Shown: positions 19,056 through 29,673 of the stretch, piece after piece
Position numbering within the stretch: position 1 is the first letter of the stretch
Layout: every line of letters starts with the position of its first letter
From: Promethearchaeota archaeon
GTDB lineage: Archaea > Asgardarchaeota > Lokiarchaeia > Sigyniarchaeales > SOKP01
DNA length: 64,000 nucleotides
NCBI GenBank assembly: GCA_016839555.1
Contig: JAEOUA010000010.1
Coordinates: 128,001-192,000 of the forward strand
Direction of reading: 5' to 3'
Translations under genes and position numbers: made by a program
Notes under the pieces: generated by a model
The model's database searches: none
What the model was told of the DNA's origin: nothing
The model's input: the letters and a program-made list of their open reading frames with translations, nothing else

Positions 19056-20192
19056 CTAACTTAAGGAACTATTAGTTTTTTTATTCGATATTAGTTTTTT
19101 CGACAAATATCCTCTAATCTTATAATATTTGAATTCTGTAATATAAGCAACTCCTAATGAAGCAATATTCACAAGAACATATGAAAAAATAAGAGCAACG
19201 ATATCATTCAAATAATTCATAAATATCGGTAAAATTAGATTCAGAAATGAAAAATGTAATAAATAAAAGGTAAAAGAATAGTTTGCCATGAATATTATAC
19301 TTTTTTTTACTTTTTCGGGATATTTAAGTTCAGTATATTGAGAAAATACAAATATACATAAAATTGTTCCAGTAAAAAACAAAAAATATACAATACCAAA
19401 TGGATCCTGATGGGTTATAAGCCTAATCATGGCCAATATAAAAAATAAAATTGCTAAAACTACGCTAATATATCTAATCCTTTTTTTAATGGTGTCCTTA
19501 TTTGAACTTTTTACAATTGCTGCATCTAATTTGTTCATTAACAATATAAAAGCAACTCCAAAACACCAAATGACTACACATATGATTTTATGCCATATAC
19601 GTAAACCAAAAATTACAACTACTAATAGAAATCCAAATAGAGCAAGGATAATGAAATAGAGATATTTTTTTTTAGTAGTTCTGGTCCCTAATAGAAGCCA
19701 GCCAAAGACCATATAGAGGAACCAAATAGGCGGTAATGCCCATAATTGATGAGCAGTTCCAAATGTATAAATACCAAGCGCAGAATCGTTTAAAAAAAGT
19801 AAGGTAATGATAAATGAGACAATATTATAAGAATTTGATATATCTTTTCCACCAAAGAAATTTAACCATACAGCATCAAGAAAAATTATGATAATCAATA
19901 CTAATAAAAGGCTCGGATAAACTCTTGAAAATCTATTAATAATAAATTCTTTAAAATCATAAGTTTCTCTTTTCATTTTCTTGAAAACGTTATGAGAGAT
20001 TAATAATCCGCTCATTAAAAAAAGAAATATTAAGCCAGGAGTACCGATAAATTCTCCTGTTCTAAAGAAGCCCAATCCTTGAATTCCGTGGGCAAATCCT
20101 ATTAATTGTGCCGAAAGGATTCTAATTATGTAAAGATTTATAGAAGCAGTTTCCGAAAACTCAAATTTATAATTATCATCCATAAATAGCAT
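19056..20192 (-). CDS. Acyltransferase-3 family (OafA/GumG-like) membrane O-acyltransferase
   Basis: R-x10-H in TM1, FLMSG, RFSRVYP, about 10 TM segments, SFTFYLLH. Confidence 0.85.
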   Translation of the reverse strand: MLFMDDNYKFEFSETASINLYIIRILSAQLIGFAHGIQGLGFFRTGEFIGTPGLIFLFLMSGLLISHNVFKKMKRETYDFKEFIINRFSRVYPSLLLVLIIIIFLDAVWLNFFGGKDISNSYNIVSFIITLLFLNDSALGIYTFGTAHQLWALPPIWFLYMVFGWLLLGTRTTKKKYLYFIILALFGFLLVVVIFGLRIWHKIICVVIWCFGVAFILLMNKLDAAIVKSSNKDTIKKRIRYISVVLAILFFILAMIRLITHQDPFGIVYFLFFTGTILCIFVFSQYTELKYPEKVKKSIIFMANYSFTFYLLHFSFLNLILPIFMNYLNDIVALIFSYVLVNIASLGVAYITEFKYYKIRGYLSKKLISNKKTNSSLS

Positions 20193-20331
20193 TTGATAAT
20201 TTTTTATTTCATTAAAATTTTACAATTTTTATTGATATTTATTTACTTTAAAATTTTTGATAAAATATAATATTTTTAATATGAAAATTATTATTTTCGT
20301 CCCTTAAAGATTGGAATTTTGTTTTCTTAAT

Positions 20332-21462
20332 TTAACTCTCTAATTTGAATTTTTTTAGTAAGTAATAATAAATGCGATCTGCCTTCATTTCTGTGAAATA
20401 AGCGACAATTAGAGAGATTAGATTAACTAATATAAATAAAATAAAGAAAACTAAAATATAATTAAGATATTTCCTTAGAAATTCCATTAAAAGATTGTAT
20501 ATTGAAAAATGTAATAGATATAATGTAAGTGAATAATTTGACATAAAAATTATACCCTTTTTTAGCTTTTCAGGATAACTAATTCTAGTATACTGTGAAA
20601 AAACTATAATACAAAAAATTACACCAATTAATAATAAATAATATAAGGTATCAAAAGGATCATTGTGAAAGTATAATCTTATATAGGCTAAAATAAATAA
20701 AATTAAAGCATTAGCAACGCAAAACACTTTTATTTTTTTTTTTATATTATTTTCTTTTTTATCTTGATTTTCCATAATAAATTCTGATTTCTTATCAATA
20801 TATAAATCCATTTTATTTATAAAATATGAAAAGAACACCCCTAAAAACCAAATCAATGAATAATGTATTTTAATCCATATGTGATATCCCATAATTACAA
20901 GGATTAACGGAAAAATAAACAATATTAAAAGAATATAATAAATGTATTTTTTTTTTACAGTCCTTTTTCCTAATAAAAGCCATCCAAAAAATAAATAGCT
21001 CCACCAAAATAATGGAAAAGGCCATAATTGACGAGCTGAGCAAAAGGCGGTATATCCAATTGCAGAATCATTTAAGAAAAGTGCTGTAAAAATAAAAGTC
21101 AGAATATTACATGCGTTATATAAATCCTTTCCCCCCAGAAATACAATCCAAAAAGTATCAATAAAAATGATTAAAATAAGTACTAGCATGAGGTTAGGAT
21201 ATATTCTTGAGAATCTTCTTAAAAAATACTTCTTAAAATCATAATTTTTTTTCTTTATTTTTCCAAATGTTGAATAGGACACAAGTAATCCGCTTATTAA
21301 GAAAAAGAACATTAATGCTTGAGAACCAATATAATCTCCTAATTGGAATAACCCAATACCTTCGACTCCATGAGCAATTGTTATTAATTGAGCAGATATA
21401 AATCGAATAAGATATAGATTAATAGAGGCAGTTTCAGAAAATCTAAAATTATAATCTTCCAT
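20332..21462 (-). CDS. Acyltransferase-3 family protein
   Basis: R-x10-H, FFLISG, RRFSRIYP, SLTLYLLH. Confidence 0.85.
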   Translation of the reverse strand: MEDYNFRFSETASINLYLIRFISAQLITIAHGVEGIGLFQLGDYIGSQALMFFFLISGLLVSYSTFGKIKKKNYDFKKYFLRRFSRIYPNLMLVLILIIFIDTFWIVFLGGKDLYNACNILTFIFTALFLNDSAIGYTAFCSARQLWPFPLFWWSYLFFGWLLLGKRTVKKKYIYYILLILFIFPLILVIMGYHIWIKIHYSLIWFLGVFFSYFINKMDLYIDKKSEFIMENQDKKENNIKKKIKVFCVANALILFILAYIRLYFHNDPFDTLYYLLLIGVIFCIIVFSQYTRISYPEKLKKGIIFMSNYSLTLYLLHFSIYNLLMEFLRKYLNYILVFFILFILVNLISLIVAYFTEMKADRIYYYLLKKFKLES

Positions 21463-21644
21463 GAATAAAAATTAATAATTGTTTAAGGTTTTAAAATTAT
21501 ATCATTCATTTTTTAAATATCTAAATTTATTTTTATTATCCATGAATAGCATTTGATAAATTATTTCATCTTAAAATTTTTTTATCATTTAATTATATTT
21601 TTAAATTAAAACAAAAAATTCTCCAAAGATCTTTATTTTTTAAA

Positions 21645-21968
21645 TTATTTCTCCATATTGAATTTTTTGAGAAAAAATTTAGAGATATTAAACGTCTGTA
21701 CCTCTGAAAAAGAAGCTATAAGTATACTTAAAAAATTTACAGCAATGTAAACAATAATTAACAAACTTAGATTATTCATAGTATCTTTAAATGGAGCATA
21801 TAACCAAATTACTGGATAATTTAATAAATAAATAGTGAAGGAATAGGATGCTATTAAATTTATAATTTTTTTAATTTTTTTGGGATATTCAAAGGAACTA
21901 TATTGGGTGAATATAAAAAAGAAGCAAAATGAACCCGATATTAATAGATTATAGAGTATTCCAAACAT
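21645..21968 (-). pseudogene. Acyltransferase-3 C-terminal fragment
   Basis: TQYSSFEYPKKIKKIINLIASYSFTIYL...ASFSE matches paralog C-termini; N-terminus missing. Confidence 0.8.
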
Positions 21969-22318
21969 CCCAAAAAACTATTCACAGAAATTTATTTTAT
22001 ATTTCAGTCAAGGAATAAATAATCACAGAATTGACAGAATTGAACGATGTAAGGAAACGGAAACATTAGAAAAAGAGGTTTTTAGCCTTGGGTTGTTCGA
22101 TCCTAATAGAATTTTCATAATTTTAACATATGGAGTCTATAACTTAGATTGAATTTTTATATTTTTTTATTTCTAACAATATTATTTTATATTTTCATTT
22201 TTTTTCATTAATATTTTCTAAGCTTAAAATAAAATTACAAGGAATTATCTTAAAAAGATCAGAAAATTCTAATCTAAAATATAATTTATTAAGAACTAAA
22301 GATTAAACGATATATAAA

Positions 22319-23425
22319 ATGGAATATAAACATTTCAATTTTTCTGATTGCCTCTCTAATAATATTAATATAATTCGAATACTTACCATTCAAATTATAG
22401 TCATATCTCATGGGTTAGAAAATATTCATGCAATAGGAATAGCAAATCCCATAGGAGTTGCTTGTTTTAATTTATTAATGTTAATAAGTGGCTTATTAAT
22501 ATCTTATTCCACTTTAACAAAAAAGAAGGAAGAAAGCTATGATTTTAGGAAATTCTATATAAGAAGATTTTCGAGAATATACCCAGTTTTTATAACAGTA
22601 TTAATTATAATTGTCTTTCTTGATGGGTTGAATAAATATAATTTTTTCCATCATTTTGATACATTTGTTGCTACTATACTCCTTTTGAATAATTCTGCAC
22701 TTGGAATTAGTTATTATGGTGCTAACCGTCATTTATGGATTCTCCCATTGCTATGGTGGCTAACGCTTTTGTTCGGATGGCTACTTATTGGATTCAGAAA
22801 TACAAAAAAGAAATATATTTATTTTATTGTTTTGGGATTTTTTTCCATTATAGTTATAATTAATTTATATACTTGTTTTAGAACTTTTTCTCTTGCGAGA
22901 TTATATTATCTGATTGTCTGGTTTATAGGTGCCAGTTTCCCATTACTTATTAGTTATGTAAATAATTATATTGAGCGTAAATCAATTAAAGATGGAGGAA
23001 ATGAGAAAGTCAATAATAACTTAGAAAAAAAATTTAAATATGGCTTTTTATGTCTTTCAATTATCTTTTTCATTTTGTCTTCATTTTATTTAAATAATCC
23101 TTATGGGTTAATATTTAATTTATTATTTGCTAATTTCATTATCTTTTTACTGGCCTTTTCCCAATTCATTCACTTTACTTATCCCAAAAAGGTAAAAAAA
23201 GTAATAAATTCTCTAGCTAGTTATTCTTTTACGTTTTTTTTATTTCATTTGACATTATTTAATCTCTTTTTAAGCTCAAGTCAAGGATATTCAGATTTCA
23301 TATTTTTTTATATCATTGCTAATGTGCTCTCTTTTAGTATTGCACTTCTAACGGAAATGAGGGCTCCACAAATAAATAAATATCTGTTGAAAAAATTCAA
23401 TTTGGATACAAAAGTAAAAAAATAG
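22319..23425 (+). CDS. Acyltransferase-3 family protein, inverted relative to the array
   Basis: R-x10-H, LISG, RRFSRIYP. NRHLW motif shared with the 29674 and 41191 copies. Confidence 0.85.
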   Translation: MEYKHFNFSDCLSNNINIIRILTIQIIVISHGLENIHAIGIANPIGVACFNLLMLISGLLISYSTLTKKKEESYDFRKFYIRRFSRIYPVFITVLIIIVFLDGLNKYNFFHHFDTFVATILLLNNSALGISYYGANRHLWILPLLWWLTLLFGWLLIGFRNTKKKYIYFIVLGFFSIIVIINLYTCFRTFSLARLYYLIVWFIGASFPLLISYVNNYIERKSIKDGGNEKVNNNLEKKFKYGFLCLSIIFFILSSFYLNNPYGLIFNLLFANFIIFLLAFSQFIHFTYPKKVKKVINSLASYSFTFFLFHLTLFNLFLSSSQGYSDFIFFYIIANVLSFSIALLTEMRAPQINKYLLKKFNLDTKVKK

Positions 23426-23548
23426 ATTTTGAGATATTAAATAAAAAATGTTTTTTTTATAATACATGAATTATAATTATAATAAGGGAAATGAACATAT
23501 TATAAAACCATAAAAAAAAATTATTGAATAATATAAATAATATAAAAT

Positions 23549-23812
23549 TTGGGGGGAATAATGAAACGCTTTAGATTTTCTGAAACAACATCTATAAACA
23601 TAGATATACTTAGAGTTTATGCCTTTCAGACAGTTACAATTATGCTCCAAAAAATTGTTGTAGCCGATGAAGCACCAGCAATGACACGTATGGCAATTTC
23701 GTTCTTCGCAGGGCATGGAGTGATGGAAGATTTCCTCAGTCTTCCGCGATTTGTGCGTGATGCGTTTATCATGGAGTTATGGGAGGGACCTTGTGTTTAT
23801 GAATTACCTTAA
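23549..23812 (+). pseudogene. Chimeric remnant: acyltransferase-3 N-terminus fused to an acyl-CoA dehydrogenase C-terminal fragment
   Basis: FSETTSINIDILRVYAFQTV is near-identical to the start of 30919-32088. It is followed by GHGVMEDF.SLPRFVRDA...ELWEGP. Confidence 0.7.
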
Positions 23813-24009
23813 ATTTAAATACTACAAGAATCGTAATAGCAAAATAGCAAAAACAACATGGAAAAGCTCTCTATTAGCCGAATTCAGATAGCAATATGAA
23901 AAATAATAAGGTATAACTGAATTACTAAACTCTTAAAGGAAATAAACCAAATAAGCTCCATATCATACCTTTATCATTTCATATTTTCTATAAAAAATAA
24001 CTCATTGAA

Positions 24010-24525
24010 TTATGTTATCTTAATAGTTCTTTTACCAAGAATAAGCCATCCAAAAAACATATACAGCCACCAAAATACAGGTAGTGCCCATAAAGGGCGC
24101 AATGAGCCGAATCCACTTATTCCTATAGCGGAATCATTCAAAAGGAGTAGAGAAAACACAAATGATTTAAAACTATAAGCTTTAGTTGGTTTTACATCAT
24201 ACACAATAAAGATTAGATACCCATCTATCAATATGGTTAAAAAAAGCACTATTATTAATGGCGGATAAATTCGTGAAAACCTATTGACGAAGAATCTCTT
24301 AAATTCAAATTTTTTTTTATTCAATTTTGCGAATGTGCTATAAGAAATTAAAATTCCACTAATAAAAAAAAGCAATCCTAACGATGTAGCACCAAGCGTT
24401 GGTTTCTTATCAAAAGTAATAAATGCTTCTCTAGCATGAGTAAGTACAATTATTTGTATTGCAATACCACGAATTAAATTAAAATGGGTGGAGTTTGCTC
24501 GATTATATTTAAAATTATAGTCCAT
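24010..24525 (-). pseudogene. Acyltransferase-3 N-terminal fragment
   Basis: R-x10-H, FFISG, RFSRIYP and LWALPVFWW present; stops at GWLILGKRTIKIT, about half length. Confidence 0.8.
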
Positions 24526-24743
24526 TTTTGAACATTAAAGACTTTTAATTTATTTGAATTGACTTAACAAGAATTTATCTTATATTTAGCTATATTTTTA
24601 TTAATAAATTGTTATTTTCTTATACTTAAATATCTAAAATTGTATAATTATGCTTATTTTAAAAAATTGGTAACATTTGTTTTGTTTTTAGGTAATTATT
24701 GACAATATATAATTTTGCATTAAGATTTATTTTTTTTTTAATG

Positions 24744-25862
24744 TTATGAAAATTTCTTTAGAAACAACTTTTTAATTTTTGAGGCTTGCATTTCACTAAA
24801 AGAGGCAACTAAAATAGACAAAATATTGATAATGATAAATATTAACAAAAATAGGAGTACATTATTCATTTCATTTATGAATAATTTATAGAAGAAAAAT
24901 ATTGATACATGTAGCAGATATAAAGTAAAAGAATAACTGGCCATAAATCTAATGATTTTTTTTATCATTTTAGGATATTTTATTTGTGTATATTGAGAAA
25001 AAATAAGAAAAAAACAAAAGGAAGCACCTAATAATAGACTGAAATCTATTGCAAACGCATTATGATGAGAAGATAAAATAAATAAAGAAGAAATAAACAA
25101 AACTATTGAAATAAAAAGGCTAATGAAATTAAGTAATCTTCTTCTAATCTTCGATTTATTATTTTTATCGGTATTAGGGGTTTTTTTTTGAATATATTTG
25201 TTCAATTTATTCAATGAATATGAAAAAAATACACCTAAAATCCATATGATAATACTTGTTATTTTTTTTTGAAATTGATATCCAAAAATTACTGATATTA
25301 AGATTAAACAAAAAAGTGCCAATATAAAAAAATATAAATATTTCTTACTTGTGCTCCTTTTCCCTAAAATAAGCCACCCGAAAACTAAGTAAGTCCACCA
25401 AAAAATAGGCAAAGTCCAAAGTTGTCCTGAGGATCCAAAAAAAGAGTATCCAAGAGCGGAATCATTTAAAAGAAGTAAATTAAAGAAAAATGTAGGAAGA
25501 TTATAATTAAATGGTGGATTTTTTAGAACAATTACAAATTGATAAGTGTCTATAAGAGTAACAATTCCTAGAATTAATAAGAATAAGGAATATATTCTTG
25601 AAAATCTGCTTATAAAGAATTGCTTAAAGCTATAAAGTTCATTATTCATTTTTGTGAATGTTGAATAAGCTATTAAAATTCCGCTAATCAAAAACAGAAA
25701 AGTTAATCCAGAGGCTCCAGCACTATGTAACTTCTGTATGTTAAGATAACCTTCTAATCCATGAGAAATTACTATTAATTGAGCACTAATCGCTCTTATT
25801 AAATCAAGATGTATAGAAAAGGTTTCTGAAAATTGAATATTATAATCTTTATGGAGATCCAT
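24744..25862 (-). CDS. Acyltransferase-3 family protein
   Basis: LDLIRAISAQLIVISH, FLISG, RFSRIY. Confidence 0.85.
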   Translation of the reverse strand: MDLHKDYNIQFSETFSIHLDLIRAISAQLIVISHGLEGYLNIQKLHSAGASGLTFLFLISGILIAYSTFTKMNNELYSFKQFFISRFSRIYSLFLLILGIVTLIDTYQFVIVLKNPPFNYNLPTFFFNLLLLNDSALGYSFFGSSGQLWTLPIFWWTYLVFGWLILGKRSTSKKYLYFFILALFCLILISVIFGYQFQKKITSIIIWILGVFFSYSLNKLNKYIQKKTPNTDKNNKSKIRRRLLNFISLFISIVLFISSLFILSSHHNAFAIDFSLLLGASFCFFLIFSQYTQIKYPKMIKKIIRFMASYSFTLYLLHVSIFFFYKLFINEMNNVLLFLLIFIIINILSILVASFSEMQASKIKKLFLKKFS

Positions 25863-25961
25863 ATCAAAAGATTCAAGACTTTGACAAAGTAATTAATTTT
25901 TTATTTTAAAATATTAATAACTTGAATAAATTTATCAATTAAGATATCAAGAATGATATTA

Positions 25962-27095
25962 TTAATCTAAATGAAATGTTTTTAATAAATAGTTTTCAAT
26001 TTTGGAAGCTCTCATTTCTGTAAAATAAGCGATGCCTATAGCCATAATATTGCTTAAAAAATAGATTAAAATAATAAAAAAAATTGGATTAAATCGGATT
26101 TTAAATATTGCAGTAACATATCCAGCTGAATATTGTATGAGAAATAAAGAATAAGTATAGCTTGAGACAAAATTTACGGGCTTTTTAATCTTTTCTGGAA
26201 TATTAATGTTTATATATTGTGAAAAGACAATGAAGAAAAAAAGGGAAGAATTTAATAATAATAGCATTACTAGCCCATAGGGATCAAGATGAGTTAATAT
26301 TCTAATTGCCGATAAAATATATAAGATTATGGAAATTGTTAAGGCTATAAAGCTCACTTTTTTTTTCAAGATTTTGGCTCTTTTTTCTGGATTTTCCGTA
26401 TATTTTGCAGACCTTTTCTTTATATAAAGATCAAATTTATTTATCAAAAAAGAAAATAGCGCACCTAAAAACCATAAAGATAAATATTCTACTTTATTTG
26501 AAGTCCATTCTCCTAGGCAAATGAAAATTAATATAAACGTAAAGAACCCTAAAACGAAGATATATATGTACTTCTTTTTTGTATTTCTAAACCCGAGTAG
26601 GAGCCATCCAAAAAACAAATAGGTCCACCAAAATAAAGGAAAAGGCCAAAGTTGGCGTGAAGTTCCGAAACAAAAAGGACCCCACATAGATTCTTGTAAA
26701 ATTAACAAATTCCATAAAAATGTTTGAATATTATAAGAGTTAATTATGTCAGGATTCCCCAAATAACCATAAAAATACCAATCTACAGTTGCCATAATAA
26801 TAAGAGCTAAAAATAAAGCAGGGTAGATTCTAGAAAACCGCTTTACCACAAATCTTTTAAATTCATATCTCTCATCATTCATCCTTCTTAAGGTAGAATA
26901 TGAGATTAATATCCCACTCATAGCAAAAAAGACTCCTAATCCAGGCGCACCTAGCATACCCCCTTTTAATTGAGAAATTCTTCCCATTACTCCATGACCT
27001 ATGACCACTAAATGAGCGGCGATTATTCTTATAATATTTAGATGAAAGGAGGCTGCCTCTGAAAACTTAAAGTTGTAATCCAAATCAAAAAGCAC
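25962..27095 (-). CDS. Acyltransferase-3 family protein
   Basis: R-x10-H, FFAMSG, KRFSRIYP; close paralog of the next gene. Confidence 0.85.
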   Translation of the reverse strand: MLFDLDYNFKFSEAASFHLNIIRIIAAHLVVIGHGVMGRISQLKGGMLGAPGLGVFFAMSGILISYSTLRRMNDERYEFKRFVVKRFSRIYPALFLALIIMATVDWYFYGYLGNPDIINSYNIQTFLWNLLILQESMWGPFCFGTSRQLWPFPLFWWTYLFFGWLLLGFRNTKKKYIYIFVLGFFTFILIFICLGEWTSNKVEYLSLWFLGALFSFLINKFDLYIKKRSAKYTENPEKRAKILKKKVSFIALTISIILYILSAIRILTHLDPYGLVMLLLLNSSLFFFIVFSQYININIPEKIKKPVNFVSSYTYSLFLIQYSAGYVTAIFKIRFNPIFFIILIYFLSNIMAIGIAYFTEMRASKIENYLLKTFHLD

Positions 27096-27253
27096 CTAAT
27101 TTTAATTTTTAATAATGCTAACCATTTACTTTTTTAAATAAGATTTAATTTTTATATTTGAAATTCTTATAGGGTCATTATTCAATATAAAACATTTGCG
27201 ACTATAAATACTCCATTTATATTATTTTCCCTTAAAATTGAAATTTAATAGTA

Positions 27254-28378
27254 TTAAGAAGATAAATTAAATCTTTTTAATAAATAATTCTCGATTTTTG
27301 AAGCTCTAAGCTCAGTAAAATAAGCAATCCCGATTGCTAAAATATTACTTAGTATATATATCGAAATAATAAATAAGATAGCTGGAAGTTCTATTATAAA
27401 GGAAATAATATATCCTGCAGTATATTGTATTAAAAATAAAGAATATGTATAGCTAGAGACAAAATTTACGGGCTTTTTAATCTTTTCTGGAATATTTATG
27501 TTTACGTATTGTGAAAAAATTATAAAAAAGAAAAAAGAGCCATTTAACAATAATAAACATATTGTACCATAGGGATCAAGATGAGTTAATAATCTAATTG
27601 CAGATAATATATATAAGATTATGGAAATCGTCAAAGAAGTATATTTTATTTTATTTTTCAGATTATTTTTATCTTTTTCTTTGTTATTTTCTTTTTTTGC
27701 TGATTTTTCCTGAATATAAAGATCTAATTTGTTTAATATATAACCAAAAATTGCTCCTAAGAACCATAAAATTAAATAATCTAATTTGTTTGAAGTCCAA
27801 GGTCCGAGACATATAAAAATTAATATAAAAGTAAAGACTCCTAAAACAAAAATGTAAATATATTTCTTGTTTGTATTTCTAAACCCGAGTAAAAGCCATC
27901 CCAAAAACAAATACGTCCACCAAAAAAGAGGGAACGGCCATAATTGACGTGAGGTTCCGAAACATGTAGGACCAATCAGGGAGTCTTGCAAAATTAATAA
28001 ATTCCATAAAAAAGTGGGAATATTATAAGAGTTTAATATGTCAGGATTCCCAAAATAAATATAAAAAAACCAGTCTACAAATACCATAACAATAAGACTT
28101 AAAAATAAGGCAGGGTAGATTCTAGAAAACCGCTTTACCACAAATCTTTTAAATTCATATTCTTCATCATTCATCCTTCTTAAGGTGGAATATGAGATTA
28201 ATAGCCCGCTCATGCAAAAAAACACACCAAGTCCTGGCGCACCAAGTATTGCTCCACCTATTTGTGAGACTCTTCCCATTATTCCGTGTCCTATAACTAT
28301 TAAATGAGCGGAAATTATTCTTATTATGTTTAGGTGGAAGGATGCTGTCTCAGAAAAACGAAATTTATATTGAGTCAT
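27254..28378 (-). CDS. Acyltransferase-3 family protein
   Basis: R-x10-H, FFCMSG, KRFSRIYP; long identical DNA stretches shared with 25962-27095. Confidence 0.85.
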   Translation of the reverse strand: MTQYKFRFSETASFHLNIIRIISAHLIVIGHGIMGRVSQIGGAILGAPGLGVFFCMSGLLISYSTLRRMNDEEYEFKRFVVKRFSRIYPALFLSLIVMVFVDWFFYIYFGNPDILNSYNIPTFLWNLLILQDSLIGPTCFGTSRQLWPFPLFWWTYLFLGWLLLGFRNTNKKYIYIFVLGVFTFILIFICLGPWTSNKLDYLILWFLGAIFGYILNKLDLYIQEKSAKKENNKEKDKNNLKNKIKYTSLTISIILYILSAIRLLTHLDPYGTICLLLLNGSFFFFIIFSQYVNINIPEKIKKPVNFVSSYTYSLFLIQYTAGYIISFIIELPAILFIISIYILSNILAIGIAYFTELRASKIENYLLKRFNLSS

Positions 28379-28529
28379 TTGTATTAATTGTTTTTTATTA
28401 CTGTTAGAAGCTATGAATAAAAAAGAAAATCTATAAAACTTTTAAAATTTAATTATAATGTTTTTTTATAAACTAATTAATATTATTTTGCCATTCATTT
28501 GGATTTAATTATCTTTTTTTTGAATCTAA

Positions 28530-29648
28530 TTATTCTATATTAAATTTTCTTAATAGAAAATTATTAATTTTTTGGGATCTCATTTCTGTTGCGTAGGCTA
28601 TCAAGATCGACAAAAAGTTGCTGGAGAAATACCCAATAAAAAAGAGAAGCCCATTATTAATATCCCCTATAAATATTGTTAAGTAATTAAATAAAGAAAA
28701 ATGGACAATATAAAGCGTAAAGGTATAACTGGCCATAAATCTTATGATTTTTTTGAATCTTTCCTTATATTTAACTTGAGTATATTGAGAATAAATAAGG
28801 AGAAAAAAAACAAAACCAACTAAAATAACAAGATATTCAATATCATATGGCGTCAAATCTAATAGGAATAGAGATCCAATAGAACCAATTATAAATATTA
28901 TCAATGATAAGTATAAAAATATTTTATTAATTTTTTTTTGTCCGATCCAATTTTTATCTAATTGTTTCTTTTTTTGTATTATATGATTATATCTATTTAA
29001 TACGATCGTAATAAATATACCACAAACCCAGATAAAAAATAAGCCTGTATCGCCTATTCTATTTACTTTATACCATGGACCTAAATACACAGCTATGACC
29101 ATAAAAGCAAGGGTTCCCAAAATACCATAATATCTATTTTTATTCTTTAGATTCTTTTTCTCAAGCATTAACCAACCCAAGAATAAATAACTCCAAAAAA
29201 AATTTGGTAAGGTCCAGAGGTTATAAGAGGAGCCAAAATTAGGAATATTAAAAACAGAATCGTTAAGAAAAAATAAATTAAGGATGAAAATGAAAATATC
29301 ATAAGTTGCTAGCGTTTCTCCTGAAAGAATAAAAAAAAAGTCGATAATGACTAAAAAAACCATACTTAATAAAAAACTTGGATATATTCTGGAAATTCTA
29401 TTGAAAAAATATTTAGTAAACCCATAATCTTCTTGTTTTTCTTTAATTAAAAGTGAATAAGAAGTAAATATCCCACTTAAAAGAAAGATTAGAGGAAATG
29501 AGATAGAACCAAACACTCCAGGAGTTATAGGAGGTATTATTCCCATTATAGCCATTCCATGAGCGAAAGCTACATTCTGAATGGCAATAACTCTAATTAT
29601 ATCAAGATTTATTGAGGCTGTTTCCGAGAATCTAAAATCAAACTCCAT
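28530..29648 (-). CDS. Acyltransferase-3 family protein
   Basis: LDIIRVIAIQNVAFAH, FLLSG, RISRIYP. Confidence 0.85.
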   Translation of the reverse strand: MEFDFRFSETASINLDIIRVIAIQNVAFAHGMAIMGIIPPITPGVFGSISFPLIFLLSGIFTSYSLLIKEKQEDYGFTKYFFNRISRIYPSFLLSMVFLVIIDFFFILSGETLATYDIFIFILNLFFLNDSVFNIPNFGSSYNLWTLPNFFWSYLFLGWLMLEKKNLKNKNRYYGILGTLAFMVIAVYLGPWYKVNRIGDTGLFFIWVCGIFITIVLNRYNHIIQKKKQLDKNWIGQKKINKIFLYLSLIIFIIGSIGSLFLLDLTPYDIEYLVILVGFVFFLLIYSQYTQVKYKERFKKIIRFMASYTFTLYIVHFSLFNYLTIFIGDINNGLLFFIGYFSSNFLSILIAYATEMRSQKINNFLLRKFNIE

Positions 29649-29673
29649 GATATTAAAAATTAATTTTTACTTT

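Noticed and set aside
22085-22110. GTTCGATCC resembling a tRNA T-loop, with a short acagaattg duplication nearby
   Set aside because: No T-stem, acceptor stem or cloverleaf can be built.
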